Shown here piece after piece: positions 43,937-55,001 of a stretch of 64,000 nt of DNA. The position numbers were made by a program, and so were the translations under genes. Numbering within the stretch: the stretch's first letter is position 1; each line of letters opens with the position of its first letter. The notes under the pieces were generated by a model. That model was not told where the DNA came from, ran no database searches, and saw only the letters and a list, made by a program, of their open reading frames with translations. The stretch is taken from assembly GCA_963845845.1 (NCBI GenBank), contig CAWJTP010000028.1, positions 15,643 through 79,642 on the forward strand. Reading direction: 5' to 3'. This DNA comes from an uncultured Cytophagales bacterium. Its GTDB lineage: Bacteria; Bacteroidota; Bacteroidia; Cytophagales; Cyclobacteriaceae.

Positions 43937-44496
43937 GGTGAGGTGAAAACAGGAGGCGAAGTGTAATCATGTTGTTAGGGGCACTTCATGTTGTATTCAC
44001 CTCATCCCCGACCCTTCTCCTCAAAGAGAAGGGAGCGTATCGAACATGATCTAGGCGGAAGTCCTCTTGCCTTGAGGATGAAGGATTAGGGTGAGGTGAA
44101 AACAGGAGGCGAAGCGTAATCGTGTTGTTAGTGGCACTTCATGTTGTATTCACCTCATCCCCGACCCTTCTCCTCAAAGAGAAGGGAGCGTATCGAACAT
44201 GATCTAGGCGGAAGTCCCCTTGCCTTGAGGATGAAGGATTAGGGTGAGGTGAAAACAGGAGGCGAAGCGTAATCGTGTTGTTAGGGGCGCTTCATGTTGT
44301 ATTCACCTCATCCCCGACCCTTCTCCTCAAAGAGAAGGGAGCGTATCGAACATGATCTAGGCGGAAGTCCTCTGCCTTGAGGATGAAGGATTAGGGTGAG
44401 GTGAAAACAGGAGGCGAAGCGTAATCGTGTTGTTAGGAGCGCTCATCTTTTGTATTTACCCCATCCCTGCCACTCTGAATTCAGAATAAAAACGTT

Positions 44497-44928
44497 ATGG
44501 CTGATGATAACCTTCACAAGGGTGCCTACCTAAAGTTGTTTGAGTATGCCCGGATTAACCGGAAGAAAATGACCAAGGCTGAAGGAATACTTTGGAAATA
44601 TCTGAGAGACAGACGGCTTAATGGATTCAAATTTAGGAGGCAACATCCAATAGCTGATTTTATTGCTGACTTCTTTTGCCTGGAGTGTAACCTAGTTATT
44701 GAAGTAGATGGCAATTATCATTACAATAGAGAACAGGCACAGTACGATGAAGGAAGAACTTTTGAATTAACAGACCTCCAATTAAAAATTATCAGGTTTA
44801 CTAATAGTGAGGTTACTGAAAGAATAGAATTTGTTTTAAGAGAAATTGAGAAACATCTATCGCGCACCCGACCCTTCCTTCAAGAAGGTTGCGGTAAAAC
44901 ATCATCCGGGGGAAGTCCCTCTCCTTGA
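44497..44928 (+). CDS. DUF559 endonuclease, copy 2
   Basis: Protein identical to copy 1 up to KHLSRTR; starts 1013 bp downstream of copy 1. Confidence 0.9.
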   Translation: MADDNLHKGAYLKLFEYARINRKKMTKAEGILWKYLRDRRLNGFKFRRQHPIADFIADFFCLECNLVIEVDGNYHYNREQAQYDEGRTFELTDLQLKIIRFTNSEVTERIEFVLREIEKHLSRTRPFLQEGCGKTSSGGSPSP

Positions 44929-45450
44929 GGAGAGGGATTTAGGGTGAGGTGAAAACAGGAGGCGAAGTGTAATCATGTTGTTAGGGGCACTTCATGTTGT
45001 ATTCACCTCATCCCCGACCCTTCTCCTCAAAGTCTCGCGTAGGAGGGCTGTAAAATTCAAAAAAGGGAAATCTCTCTCCCAAATCAAGAACATTCTAAAC
45101 CCCCAACCCTCAAATCACCCCGATTTCGAGGTTGAATGCTCATGGCATGTTGTTCGTAATAGAGCTTACACACGACGACATCAAAGACCCTCATCGAAAG
45201 GTGTCGCCGAAGAGAACACGAGGTTTGGAGCCCAAACTTTAAAAAGATTGACTGACGACAGCGACCCCGGTGCAAATTTTTTACGTGTATACCGCACGTT
45301 GCACCGGGACTGCTCTCGCAGAAAAAAAGAACAAGCATGCTGCTGACAGCATATCAAGATACATAGTGGGTTGGTTTTTAATCGGGACTACGGTCGCCCC
45401 CTCACCGGGGCGGCCTTTTCCTTTTTTGGGGAGTAGTGCTTCGATTGCTT

Positions 45451-45529
45451 TACCGCAAGGAATGAATGAACGCAAAGTCTCGCGGAGATCTTTGCGTTAA
45501 CTTTGCGGTCTTAGCGTCTTTGCGGTGAA
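45451..45529. repeat. Dispersed accgcagagacgc-type palindromic repeat, copy 1
   Basis: taccgcaagg...cttagcgtctttgcggtgaa; related to copies at 48053, 51415, 57507 and 59127. Confidence 0.7.
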
Positions 45530-47000
45530 GTAAGCGCACTATCAAGTTCCTTCTCACTCGGAGTCGAAACTAACCACAATCCCAAAAAGGTTATCGCCCC
45601 ATTCACCAACAACACTTCCAATCCAATCTCATACCCCCCAAACCACTTCGCCAAGTTAGTACTGATCAAATATGATAACACCGGCGACGCCACACACACA
45701 AACGGTACAAGATTGTCGCGTACCCGTCGCGTTGTAAAGATGCCAAATGAAAATAATCCAAGCAAAGGTCCATACGTATAGCCCGCGATATTCAGCACAG
45801 CATCGATAACAGAGCGTTCATTTATTTCCTTGAATACGACAATAATAAATAGAAACAGCAAGGAGAAACCCACGTGCACGATGAATTTTTGGCGCTTCTT
45901 CTGGTTCCTTCATTTTTCTTTTCGAAATTCAGAAAGTCGATGCAAAAAGATGTTGTTAATCCCGCCAAGGCAGAATCTGCGCTCGCATAAGAAGATGCTA
46001 TAATTCCAAGCAGGAAAAAAAAACCCACAGCAAGCCCCAGCTCATCGAATGCTAGCCGCGGGAATAGCTCATCCGTTGCGGCAGGAATGGGAAGATTCAC
46101 GGTTGTCTACTGTAGATATAGAGCAGCGCGCCAAGGATAAAAACAAAAGATTAACGACGATCAAAGTCAGGCTAAACCAAAACATGTTTTTCTGCGCTTC
46201 TCCGAGGCTTTTGCAGGTCAGATTCTTCTGCATGAGCTCCTGGTCCATCCCCGTCATGGTTAACGTTATAAATGCGCCTCCAACAAATTGTTTCCAGAAA
46301 TACATTGGTGGAGTTCGACATCGTCAAAATAAAATATCTTTGAATACTTACTTGCGTTGGCAGTGAAATCATTTCCGGTAATCGACATCCCAAGCTGACT
46401 TGTGATTTGCCACACGGAGATACAAACAGCGGCGACAAGAAAAATGGTTTGAAAGAGTATCGGTCCATACGATGGTTTTGATACCGCCCTTAAACGTATA
46501 GATCCAGATCAGGACAATGGTTGTCGCTACCGTCACAAAAAACGGAACATTCCACGCATCAAAAAGAAACAACTGCAGCACGGTAGCCGCGAGGTAAAGT
46601 CGGAGGGATGAGCCAATGGTGCGGGAGATGAGGAAAAAGAAAGCACCAGTTTTATAGGACCAGAAACTAAAGCGCTGTTCCAGGAACGTGTAAATAGAGA
46701 TCAGATTCAGTTTGTAATACAAAGGCATTAGTACGCCGATGATGACCCAATATCCCACCAAATAACCCAAAACAACCTGAAAATAGCCGAATCCAATTTT
46801 TCCGACATTACCCGGAACGGAGATAAAAGTAAGTCCGGAAAGCGACGAACCGATCATCCCAAAAGCCACCAGGTACCATGGAGATTGACGTTTGCCTGTA
46901 AAAAAAGTATTTGTATCGGCGCCCCTTGAAGTGAAAATGGAAATGCGGATCAGGACCGCAAAGTAGACGTCAAAATCGAAACAACCAGGGAAGGAGTCAT
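45511..47000 (-). CDS. Sodium:solute symporter family transporter (multiple indels)
   Basis: [68 protein letters not shown] across consecutive ORFs. Confidence 0.9.
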
Positions 47001-47094
47001 GTGTTGTATATTTAGCTGGCAAAAAATCAGGAATTAATCCTTAAAATCCAAATCCGTTCTATTGTTTGTCTTCGCTCAAAAGATGGAAATTACG

Positions 47095-47102
47095 TAACTT
47101 TG
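47095..47102 (+). promoter_or_regulatory. Bacteroidota -7 promoter element upstream of clpS-recR
   Basis: TAACTTTG about 22 bp upstream of the ATG; no TTTG at canonical spacing. Confidence 0.45.
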
Positions 47103-47124
47103 CGCTTTAAAAATTTCTGAGAAT

Positions 47125-47408
47125 ATGAGACACTGAATATCAGGAAGAGGTACAGGTGGATGTTTTGGAGGCTGTAGAAACGACAGACCTGATGGATCTT
47201 GTGGTGTTCAATGATGATGTTAATACATTCGAGCACGTTATCCCGTACACTGATTAGAGTCTGCAACCATACACCCGAACAAGCCGAGCAATGTACACTG
47301 ATCATTCATTATAAAGGAAAGTGCGCAGTGAAAAATGGAACATTTGATTTTCTTCGGCCCATGCGTGAATCGATTTGTGAAGCAGGTATAGATGCCAGGA
47401 TCTTGTAA
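47125..47408 (+). CDS. clpS: ATP-dependent Clp protease adaptor ClpS (indels)
   Basis: LVVFNDDVNTFEHVI read manually, then HTPEQAEQCTLIIHYKGKCAVK. Confidence 0.85.
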
Positions 47409-47426
47409 ACTTATTTCCTAAAGCAT

Positions 47427-48035
47427 GTGGATTATCCTTCGAAACTAATTGAAAATGCTGTCAACCAAATCGCCAAACTTCCGGGTATTGGAAAGAAAAC
47501 GGCGTTGCGTTTGGTGCTCCACCTGATCAAGAAAAAAGAGGAGAACACCTATGCGCTAACCGATGCATTGAACACTTTGCGTTCAAAGATCAGGTTCTGT
47601 GCAACGTGCCACAACATTTCCGACGACGAAGTATGTGCGATTTGTGACAGTCATAAACGTGACCGCGCGATCCTGTGCGTCGTAGAAGATGCAAAAGATG
47701 TGATGGCGATCGAGAACACATCTCAGTTCAATGGATTGTATCATGTGCTCGGAGGAGTGATATCTCCCATGAATGGGATCGGTCCCACGGACCTCAAGAT
47801 CGAAACGCTGGTAAGCCGGCTCAATCACGGTCAATCCGAGATCAGGGAAGTGATCCTGGCGTTGAGTCCAACAATGGAAGGAGATACAACCGCTTTCTAC
47901 ATCAATCGCCGGATGAAAGATCTTACACTAAAGATCAGCGTCATTGCGAGAGGTGTTCCGGTTGGCGGAGATCTGGAATATGCGGATGAGATAACCTTGG
48001 GCAGAAGTATTCTGGGAAGAACGCTGTTTAGTTAG
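47427..48035 (+). CDS. recR: Recombination mediator RecR
   Basis: LPGIGKKTALRL, C4 zinc finger, Toprim CVVED, YHVLGG, DLEYADEITL. Confidence 0.97.
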   Translation: MDYPSKLIENAVNQIAKLPGIGKKTALRLVLHLIKKKEENTYALTDALNTLRSKIRFCATCHNISDDEVCAICDSHKRDRAILCVVEDAKDVMAIENTSQFNGLYHVLGGVISPMNGIGPTDLKIETLVSRLNHGQSEIREVILALSPTMEGDTTAFYINRRMKDLTLKISVIARGVPVGGDLEYADEITLGRSILGRTLFS

Positions 48036-48052
48036 CGAGTTTAATCCTACAC

Positions 48053-48092
48053 TTTACCGTCAGAGACGCTAAGGCCGCAAAGTAGACGCAAA
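48053..48092. repeat. Dispersed accgcagagacgc-type repeat, copy 2 (half)
   Basis: ttaccgtcagagacgctaaggccgcaaag just after the recR stop. Confidence 0.6.
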
Positions 48093-48180
48093 TTTCAGTG
48101 GTAATCCTCCGATAGTATCGGGAGTCCTTCCGCCTTTCCGGTTTTAATTATTTTCTTTGCCGCCGCTTAGAATTACAATC

Positions 48181-49374
48181 ATGAACAGACTTTCCAACGA
48201 ATCGAAGCCATTCAGGAATCTGCAACACTGGCAATGGCCGCAAAAGCACGCGAATTCAAAACAAGAGGAATTGATGTGATCGGCTTAGCCTGGGTGAACC
48301 GGATTTTAAAACGCCCCAACACATCTGTGAGGCGGCAAAGAAGGCTATCGATGAAGGAAAGTATTTTGCTTATCCTCCTGTAGCAGGCTACCAGGACTTA
48401 CGGGAAGCCTTGGCTGCAAAATATCAGAAGGAAAATAACGTCCCTTATAAAGCGGAGAACTTTGTCGTTTCCAATGGCGCGAAGCAATCCATTGCGAATG
48501 CGATGCTGGCATTGCTGAACCCTGGCGATGAGGTGATCGTGTTCTCTCCGTACTGGGTAAGCTACGATGCATTGGTGCGGCTGACGGAAGCAACTCCTGT
48601 TATCCTCAAAGGAGGAATTGAAAATGATTTCAAAGTATCGGCAACACAACTCGAGGCAGCGATCACACCGAAGACAAGGGCGATAATTTTTTCTTCGCCT
48701 TGCAATCCTACAGGTTCTGTTTTTTCAAAGAAAGAACTTCAGGATATCGCTACCGTTGTGCTGAAGCATCAGGATGTTCTGGTGATCGCCGACGAGATAT
48801 ATGAGCATATTAATTTTACCGGTGAACAGGTAAGCATTGCTTCCTTCCCTGGCATGTTCGATCGTACCATCACTGTGAATGGTTTTGCGAAAGGCTTTGC
48901 GATGACGGGCTGGAGAGTAGGATACATCGCTGCACCAAAATGGATCGCAGACGGCTGCAACAAAGTACAAGGACAGATCACGTCAGCGAACTGTTCCATT
49001 GCACAACGCGCAGCATTGGCTGCCATTACAGGCGATATCGAACCGACAAACAAAATGGTGGAAGAGTACCGTACCCGCCGAGACATTGTGCATAAACTTT
49101 TGAAGGAGATTCCCGGTATCAAGACTAATTATCCTGAAGGAGCATTTTATTTCTTTCCGGACGTAAGCTCTTACTACGGTAAGTCCGATGGCAAGACAGC
49201 CATTAACAATGGCGATGATTTCTGCATGTACATGCTGGAGAAAGGCCACGTTGCCCTCGTGCCTGGCGGCGCATTTGGTGACGACAATGTGTACGGCTTT
49301 CCTATGCGGCATCCGAAAAAGATCTGAAGGAAGCATTGAAGAGAATCAAGGATGCCCTGGCGGAGCTGCACTAG
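48181..49374 (+). CDS. Class I/II PLP aminotransferase (aspartate aminotransferase-like; indels)
   Basis: ESATLAMAAKA, GEPDF, SNGAKQS, SPCNPTG, DEIYEH, NGFAKGFAMTGWRVGY. Confidence 0.93.
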
Positions 49375-49548
49375 CTCATCGTGGTCCTTAGCGACCTTCT
49401 CCGATATTTATGGGGGCGGTTGAAGTAACCCGGCCAAGGTGCCGCTCATCTTCCTCATCTTGATGCTCCTCGTTAAAAAGTAAGTTTTACCGCCGTAAAC
49501 CTTTCCTAGATCGGTTTTGCTTTTCATTGCGTAACTTTATTCTCAAAT

Positions 49549-50673
49549 TTGACCGGCTTGAAATTCATAGAAGATATACCCAGAATTTGGAAACGCGCTT
49601 ATTTATGGCTCTGCTTTTGGTACGCTATAAATTATGGCGTAGGAACATTCATAAGTGGAAACTGAAGACACCACACACTTACATCTTCTGGAATGCGCTC
49701 ACATTTATTTGAGGCGCTGTGTATCCTCATCATTGGCATATTCTTCTACTGCAACTGGCTTTTCAGGTTCAGCATCTACGTCCAGGTAGCGGGCCATCTC
49801 GCTGGAACAATGATGCATTTTATGATCATGGGCTCGTTGTCATACTACCTGGAGAACCATCGTGAAGGCTATATCGGCTGGGATATTTGGAAAGATCACC
49901 TTATCGGTTTGCTGCGATGGGAAGGGCTTCACTTCCACGACCAATAATCATTACCGTAGGGGTTTACTATGTCATCCGATATTTCCAGGGATTCAGCGAC
50001 AGGAAAAGGAAAAGAGTGAGCTCACCCTGAAGAACCGGGAAATGCAAATTTCCCTTTTGAAGTCACAGATCAATCCGCACTTCCTGTTCAACACATTGAA
50101 CTCGATCAACACGCTCATTGGATCAAGTAAGGAGCAGGCACGGAAGGTTATTACGCAACTTTCCGATATATTCCGATATGCATTGGATTCGCACGGCGAC
50201 CAGATGGTGAAGCTGATCCATGAGCTGGATTTCATCGATAATTATATCCGCATCCAGCAGGTACGCTTTGGGGACCGGATGAAGTTCGTCAAGCAGGTTG
50301 ATTTTTCATGTCTGAGTGTGTCAATACCACCCATGATCCTTCAGCCGCTGGTTGAGAATTCAGTCAAGTATGGCATTGCGCCTAAAGATGAGGGCGGAAC
50401 GATCGTCCTTACCGTAAAGCGCTTTAACAATATGATATTTTTTGAGGTAAAAGACGATGGCCTTGGCTCAAATGCCAAGAAGGTGATGGATGGCGGCTCG
50501 GTGGCGTTGGACTAAAGAATACAGATCAGCGATTAAAGAGTATCTTTGGACCCGGATCGGGATTGCGGATCCGATCGAATGAATGGGGTTACTCTGTAAG
50601 TTTCTTCATTCCTATTGAAGACGAGCGCGTACAACATCTAACGATTGAAGACCTAAAAAGCAAAGCTGTATGA
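49549..50673 (+). CDS. LytS/YehU-type sensor histidine kinase (indels)
   Basis: LKSQINPHFLFNTLN, PPMILQPLVENSVKYG, VKDDGLG; TM segments upstream. Confidence 0.88.
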
Positions 50674-51413
50674 ACATTACCTGTGTTATCGTAGACGATG
50701 AAAAATTAGCCCGTGATCTCCTGCAAGAATATTTGCAGCAAATGCCAAACATCCAGGTCTTCGGCGAATGTCCAAGGGCAAAGACGCTGTCGAGATGATC
50801 GACAAGCTTAAACCGGATCTGGTATTCCTCGATGTACAGATGCCTGGCATGACAGGCTTCGATGTGCTGGATGAAATAACGCATGATCCTTCATGTGATT
50901 TTCTGCACGGCATACGATCAATATGCGATCAAGGCATTTGAGAAAAATGCTGTCGATTACATTCTGAAACCCCTCGATCAGGAACGCTTCAAGCTTGCGG
51001 TCGAGCGTGCGATCAGTCGCATGAAGATGGAACAGAACAACGTGGGCGAGCTGCTGCGGAACCTTAAGACTGAAAACAAGACTGCATACGATTCGCACAT
51101 CTTCGTTCAGAAATCCGAAAAGCTTCTCAATCTTCCCGTTGACGAAATCGTTTACCTCGAAGCTTCCGGTGACTATACGATCCTTACTACCAAGGACGAT
51201 CAGTTTGTAAGCTCATCAGGTATTGGAAAGCTGGAGGAGATCCTAAATCCGGAAACTTTCATACGCGTTCACCGGAGCACGATCATCAACATCAACAACC
51301 TGAAGGAAATTGAAAAACATTTCAATGGCGGTATGGTCGTGAAGATGCTGAATGGAAAAAGCTTCCCTGTGAGCCGAACCTATGCTAAGTTGATTCGGAA
51401 GAAGGTAGTTTAA
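50670..51413 (+). CDS. LytTR-family response regulator (indels)
   Basis: IVDDEKLAR, FLDVQMPG, TAYDQYAIKAFE, FIRVHRS, PVSRTY. Confidence 0.92.
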
Positions 51414-51414
51414 A

Positions 51415-51565
51415 TTTTACCGCAGAGACGCAAAGGCGCAAAGGAAATGCACATTATAAATATTTGATCAAATATACCAGCTCCGAAAAAAGCTATCAAG
51501 TTATTGCACACCCGGATTTACTAAGAAGTTTGTATTTCTTTGCGCCTTTGTGCCTTTGCGGTGAA
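51415..51565. repeat. Dispersed accgcagagacgc-type repeat, copy 3 (inverted pair)
   Basis: ttaccgcagagacgcaaaggcgcaaag ... ctttgcgcctttgtgcctttgcggtgaa between convergent genes. Confidence 0.8.
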
Positions 51566-51571
51566 AAAAAA

Positions 51572-52792
51572 TCATTTAGGCTCCACAGCCTGTATCCCCG
51601 AAGCAGCGATCTCAGAGATCCTCTTTCTAAAAAAAGTATTAAGCCCCTTTGGTGGTATTCCCAATTCCTTTGAGGTTACCGATATGATGTTGCTATCGGT
51701 CGACCCTGACGTCAGCAGCCTCTTTAGTTTCTCCACGCCGCCGTTCTTTAATGCGTGATCGCATAAGATCGCACCAATAAGGTATTGAGGATTCGTCTCG
51801 GCATCCAGGTGATAGAACTCTGGGAACTTTGACAGGTCCAGCTCCTGATGATTTGATAAGTAATCATTGATCCGTTTCGCATGGAATGTGAGCGATTTAC
51901 CTAAGTGTGCCTGCTCTCCTCCCCAATAGGCTGAAAGTCCCGCTAACAATAAGGGATGCGCTACCGGAAATAAGGGATTGATGATGTGCGCGAGCTCATG
52001 CTTGTTGCTTTCACCGGCGCTGCTGGTGGAGTATACAATCTTGTTGTCCGCATCATAAAAACCGCAGACGTCCAATGATCCCATGGTAAAAACGTAATCG
52101 AATCCTTTCATCTGGTGGATCTCATCGCAGTTGCGGGCAATGTAATACGTGATCGTATCGAGGGATAAGCCAAAAGTTGATTTGAGCTTGTGGACAAAGT
52201 CATTGGCGACGTCGGCCTTTTGGGGATCAAATGCATAGTCAGGATAGTAGATGTAGTTGATCATCCCGTGATTCGTCTTATGCCAGGACTTTGTATAGAC
52301 AGGAAGGTAATTCGCCAGGTAATATTCACCTTTTGTTTGTTCCGCCATCACGTTTATCGTTGCCAGTACACCGATCTCATTTGAACCCGCAGTGCGATAG
52401 AACATTGACTTTAAAATATAGTCATTTCCTTTTTTTGTGATGGACAGGATGATGTTCTTGTTGTGCTTTGCCCAGTGATAAAGTGAAGGTGACAAGAAAC
52501 CTTCGCTCCTCAGCAGATCATAGGATTTGTATTTGGCTTTTTCTCTTGCGTTCCAATACGGACTATTGGAAAGTTTCTCCGGGTCTGATTTCAGATACTT
52601 TCGCCACAGGGAAACGATCTTTTTATTATCAGGTGAAGTAACGGTGTCGAGGGCGGTATTCAGGATCACGCCCTGACCTGACAGATCAGCAAAAAGAAAT
52701 ATCAGCAGCGCAACGATCAATAATTTAATGGACAATAGAAAAGCATGATCTGCTTTAAAGATTCGTCGGTCAGGTTCAGAAAAAGATATCAT
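51572..52792 (-). CDS. Secreted hypothetical protein with HExxH motif (possible zincin)
   Basis: Signal-like N-terminus; HELAHI; the expected downstream Glu ligand appears replaced (LLAGLS). Confidence 0.6.
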   Translation of the reverse strand: MISFSEPDRRIFKADHAFLLSIKLLIVALLIFLFADLSGQGVILNTALDTVTSPDNKKIVSLWRKYLKSDPEKLSNSPYWNAREKAKYKSYDLLRSEGFLSPSLYHWAKHNKNIILSITKKGNDYILKSMFYRTAGSNEIGVLATINVMAEQTKGEYYLANYLPVYTKSWHKTNHGMINYIYYPDYAFDPQKADVANDFVHKLKSTFGLSLDTITYYIARNCDEIHQMKGFDYVFTMGSLDVCGFYDADNKIVYSTSSAGESNKHELAHIINPLFPVAHPLLLAGLSAYWGGEQAHLGKSLTFHAKRINDYLSNHQELDLSKFPEFYHLDAETNPQYLIGAILCDHALKNGGVEKLKRLLTSGSTDSNIISVTSKELGIPPKGLNTFFRKRISEIAASGIQAVEPK

Positions 52793-52866
52793 ATGTATAA
52801 GACCAGCATACTAACTGGTCATAGGGGGCAAAGCAATCCCTGATGAGGGCGTAACACGTTAAGGCA

Positions 52867-53517
52867 TCACATCGGCGTTATCCTTGGCGTATCTTCATAT
52901 TGAATCTCGACAGTTTTTCCATGCCCTTGCAAGATCTCTCTCAGTTTTTTTTCCAGTGTCTCCCGGGACTGTAAAATGAAGTCCCCCTCCATGGCAAACC
53001 TTCTTGCGTCAGCGTTAAACGCATTGACCGCTTTTGACCTGTCGTCCATATTCACCCAGTTCCACACGCCATTTTCATCGCGGAAGGTCATGTTTTCCAT
53101 TGGCTGAATGGACAGCAACGTTGGCTGGGGCATCGTGATTATGGCCTTGTCGCCCTGGATGTCAATAGCGAATCGTTTATGGAGATCATAGCCTGCTTTT
53201 GCTTCGAAGCCACCTTCGATGGTGATCTTCTTTGTGCTGCGAAGCCATGTATTGGTCCACTCATATTTGTGATGAAACTTTTGGGATAAGGTTGCAAGCT
53301 CCAGAATCGGTGTCTGCTGCTGTAAGACGACGGTGTTGTTTACAGTGATCTCCGGTGTAAAGGAAAACAGGTTGGAGATATCGCGACCGATCTCTTTGGC
53401 ACCAGCGTAGCTTTTCTCCGCGAGGCGTGTCGGAATAACAACAATGATGACGTATGCTGCAATACTTATCGTGATTAGCAGCACGATTAATAAGACGATC
53501 TTCCGGCTTGAAAACAT
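52867..53517 (-). CDS. DUF4230-like membrane-anchored protein
   Basis: N-terminal TM; ILELATL, EAKAGYDL, ITMPQPTLLS pattern. Confidence 0.65.
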   Translation of the reverse strand: MFSSRKIVLLIVLLITISIAAYVIIVVIPTRLAEKSYAGAKEIGRDISNLFSFTPEITVNNTVVLQQQTPILELATLSQKFHHKYEWTNTWLRSTKKITIEGGFEAKAGYDLHKRFAIDIQGDKAIITMPQPTLLSIQPMENMTFRDENGVWNWVNMDDRSKAVNAFNADARRFAMEGDFILQSRETLEKKLREILQGHGKTVEIQYEDTPRITPM

Positions 53518-53532
53518 GGATGACCTAAGGTA

Positions 53533-55001
53533 CTATTTTTTAGGTAACTGGAATTTCATCCTTACCCTCACAGTGGAGGGTTCCGAATTGTTGTCACGCT
53601 TGGTGGGCGTCCATTTGGGCCCGGTCTTGATCAGGCGGATCACTTCTTCATCGCAACCTTTGCCGATTCCTTTTAAAATTTTGAAGTCTGACAGCATGCC
53701 GGTGCTTTCAACATCGAACTGTACGGTCACCTTTCCCTCAACGCCCGCGATTATGGCTTGCTGAGGGTATTGCATGTTCTTTTCCAGATATTGCTTGAAT
53801 GCTCTTTTGCCCCCCACAGGTGACGCGAGCTCTAGCGTAGACGTTATTTCATCTGACGCGGCATTTTTACCATAGCCGGTTACAACCACTTCGCTAAGCT
53901 GAGAGGCATCTTCCCCAAGCTTTACGTTGACGTCGTTTTGTTCGCCGGCATTCACCTCCGTGCTTGAGTAACCGAGATAGGAGAACACAAGCGTAGGAGC
54001 CTTGTCGTCAACGGTGATCTGATAATTGCCGGATTCATCTGTCACTGTCCCTGAATTAGTGCCCTTGATAATGACGTTGACGCCAGGCAGTGTCGAGCCG
54101 TCATCAGCTGTGACCTGACCCTTAACAACGCGTTTATCAGTCGCGGCGATACCCTTTGTAAACCCTTGGATCTCTGCGCCGGATGCCTTCTTTTTTGCGG
54201 ATTCGTTTTTCTCGTCTTTGTCTGATTCTTTAGCTTCTTTTTCGTTGGCGTTGAAACGCCGGGGTGCAGCTGGCGCGATCTCGCGTCCGGGTAGAGGTTC
54301 AGGCTCGGTCTGCGCGAGTTGTTCAACGACGATCTCTGATGCTGCATGGACCTCATCGGTTTTGGGCACTTCTTTCGTGGCTTTGGACGCAATTGGCGTT
54401 TCAGTTTCGGCGTTAGCTGCATTCGCATCTTTAGCTACGTCAGCCGTGCCGTTTCAGGTTTAGCTATACTCGCACCGCTAGCCGCGTTTGCAGCTCGCGA
54501 GGCTGTTGAAGTGTCTCTGGATCTTTCAGTGCTTTGTGGGGCAGCTGAAGTTTTTGCGGGCTGGTCATCTCTATTGGACAATGCTTCCAGTCCCTGCTGT
54601 CTGGCTTCAGCTTCTTCTTTTGATCCCGTTATCGAATCGGCAAGGGGAGCAGGAGGTGCCGATTTTTGCGTGTTCAATGCGAGGTCGTCGGATCTTTTGT
54701 CTGGCCTGAGCGTAATGATCACAACGGTGGCGCTGATGAGCAATAGTAACCCCGCAGCGATACGCAGCGGCCAAGTCCATAGCGTGATTTGTTTTGAGCT
54801 TCTTTGCTTGATGCGCTCGTCGAGTTTCGAACTGATGACACTGAGGTCATGCCGCAGATCGTCGGGTGCTATCTCAACAGCACCCTCCAACGCATCGGCG
54901 AGGAATGGATCGTCCAGTGCCTTCCGTTCCAGCGCATGCATTTCGGAAGGTGACATTTTTCCACTGAGGTATCTGGCGATATCGTCGTTCAGATCATTCA
55001 T
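53533..55001 (-). CDS. Putative anti-sigma factor with TM helix, CarboxypepD_reg-like and TonB C-terminal domains (frameshift near 54435)
   Basis: YLSGKMSPSEMHALERKALDDPFLADALEG, TM helix, low-complexity linker, LPGVNVIIKGT..GTVTD, YPQQAIIAGVEGKVTVQF. Confidence 0.8.

Larger units (their letters stand above)
42702..45032. repeat. Array of 153-bp palindromic units: 7 full copies plus degenerate partials, in two blocks
   Basis: ttcacctcat starts at 42702, 42829, 42982, 43135, 43288, 43996, 44149, 44302 and 45002 (153-bp spacing within blocks); each unit pairs a forward element ttcacctcatccccgacccttctcctcaaagagaaggg with an inverted element ...ggattagggtgaggtgaa. Confidence 0.97.

Noticed and set aside
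42702-45032. CRISPR array
   Set aside because: Units are 153 bp and nearly identical throughout, with no unique spacers and no cas genes in the window
44975-45500. Short ORFs after the repeat array
   Set aside because: They begin in repeat sequence, overlap on both strands and show no recognisable motifs
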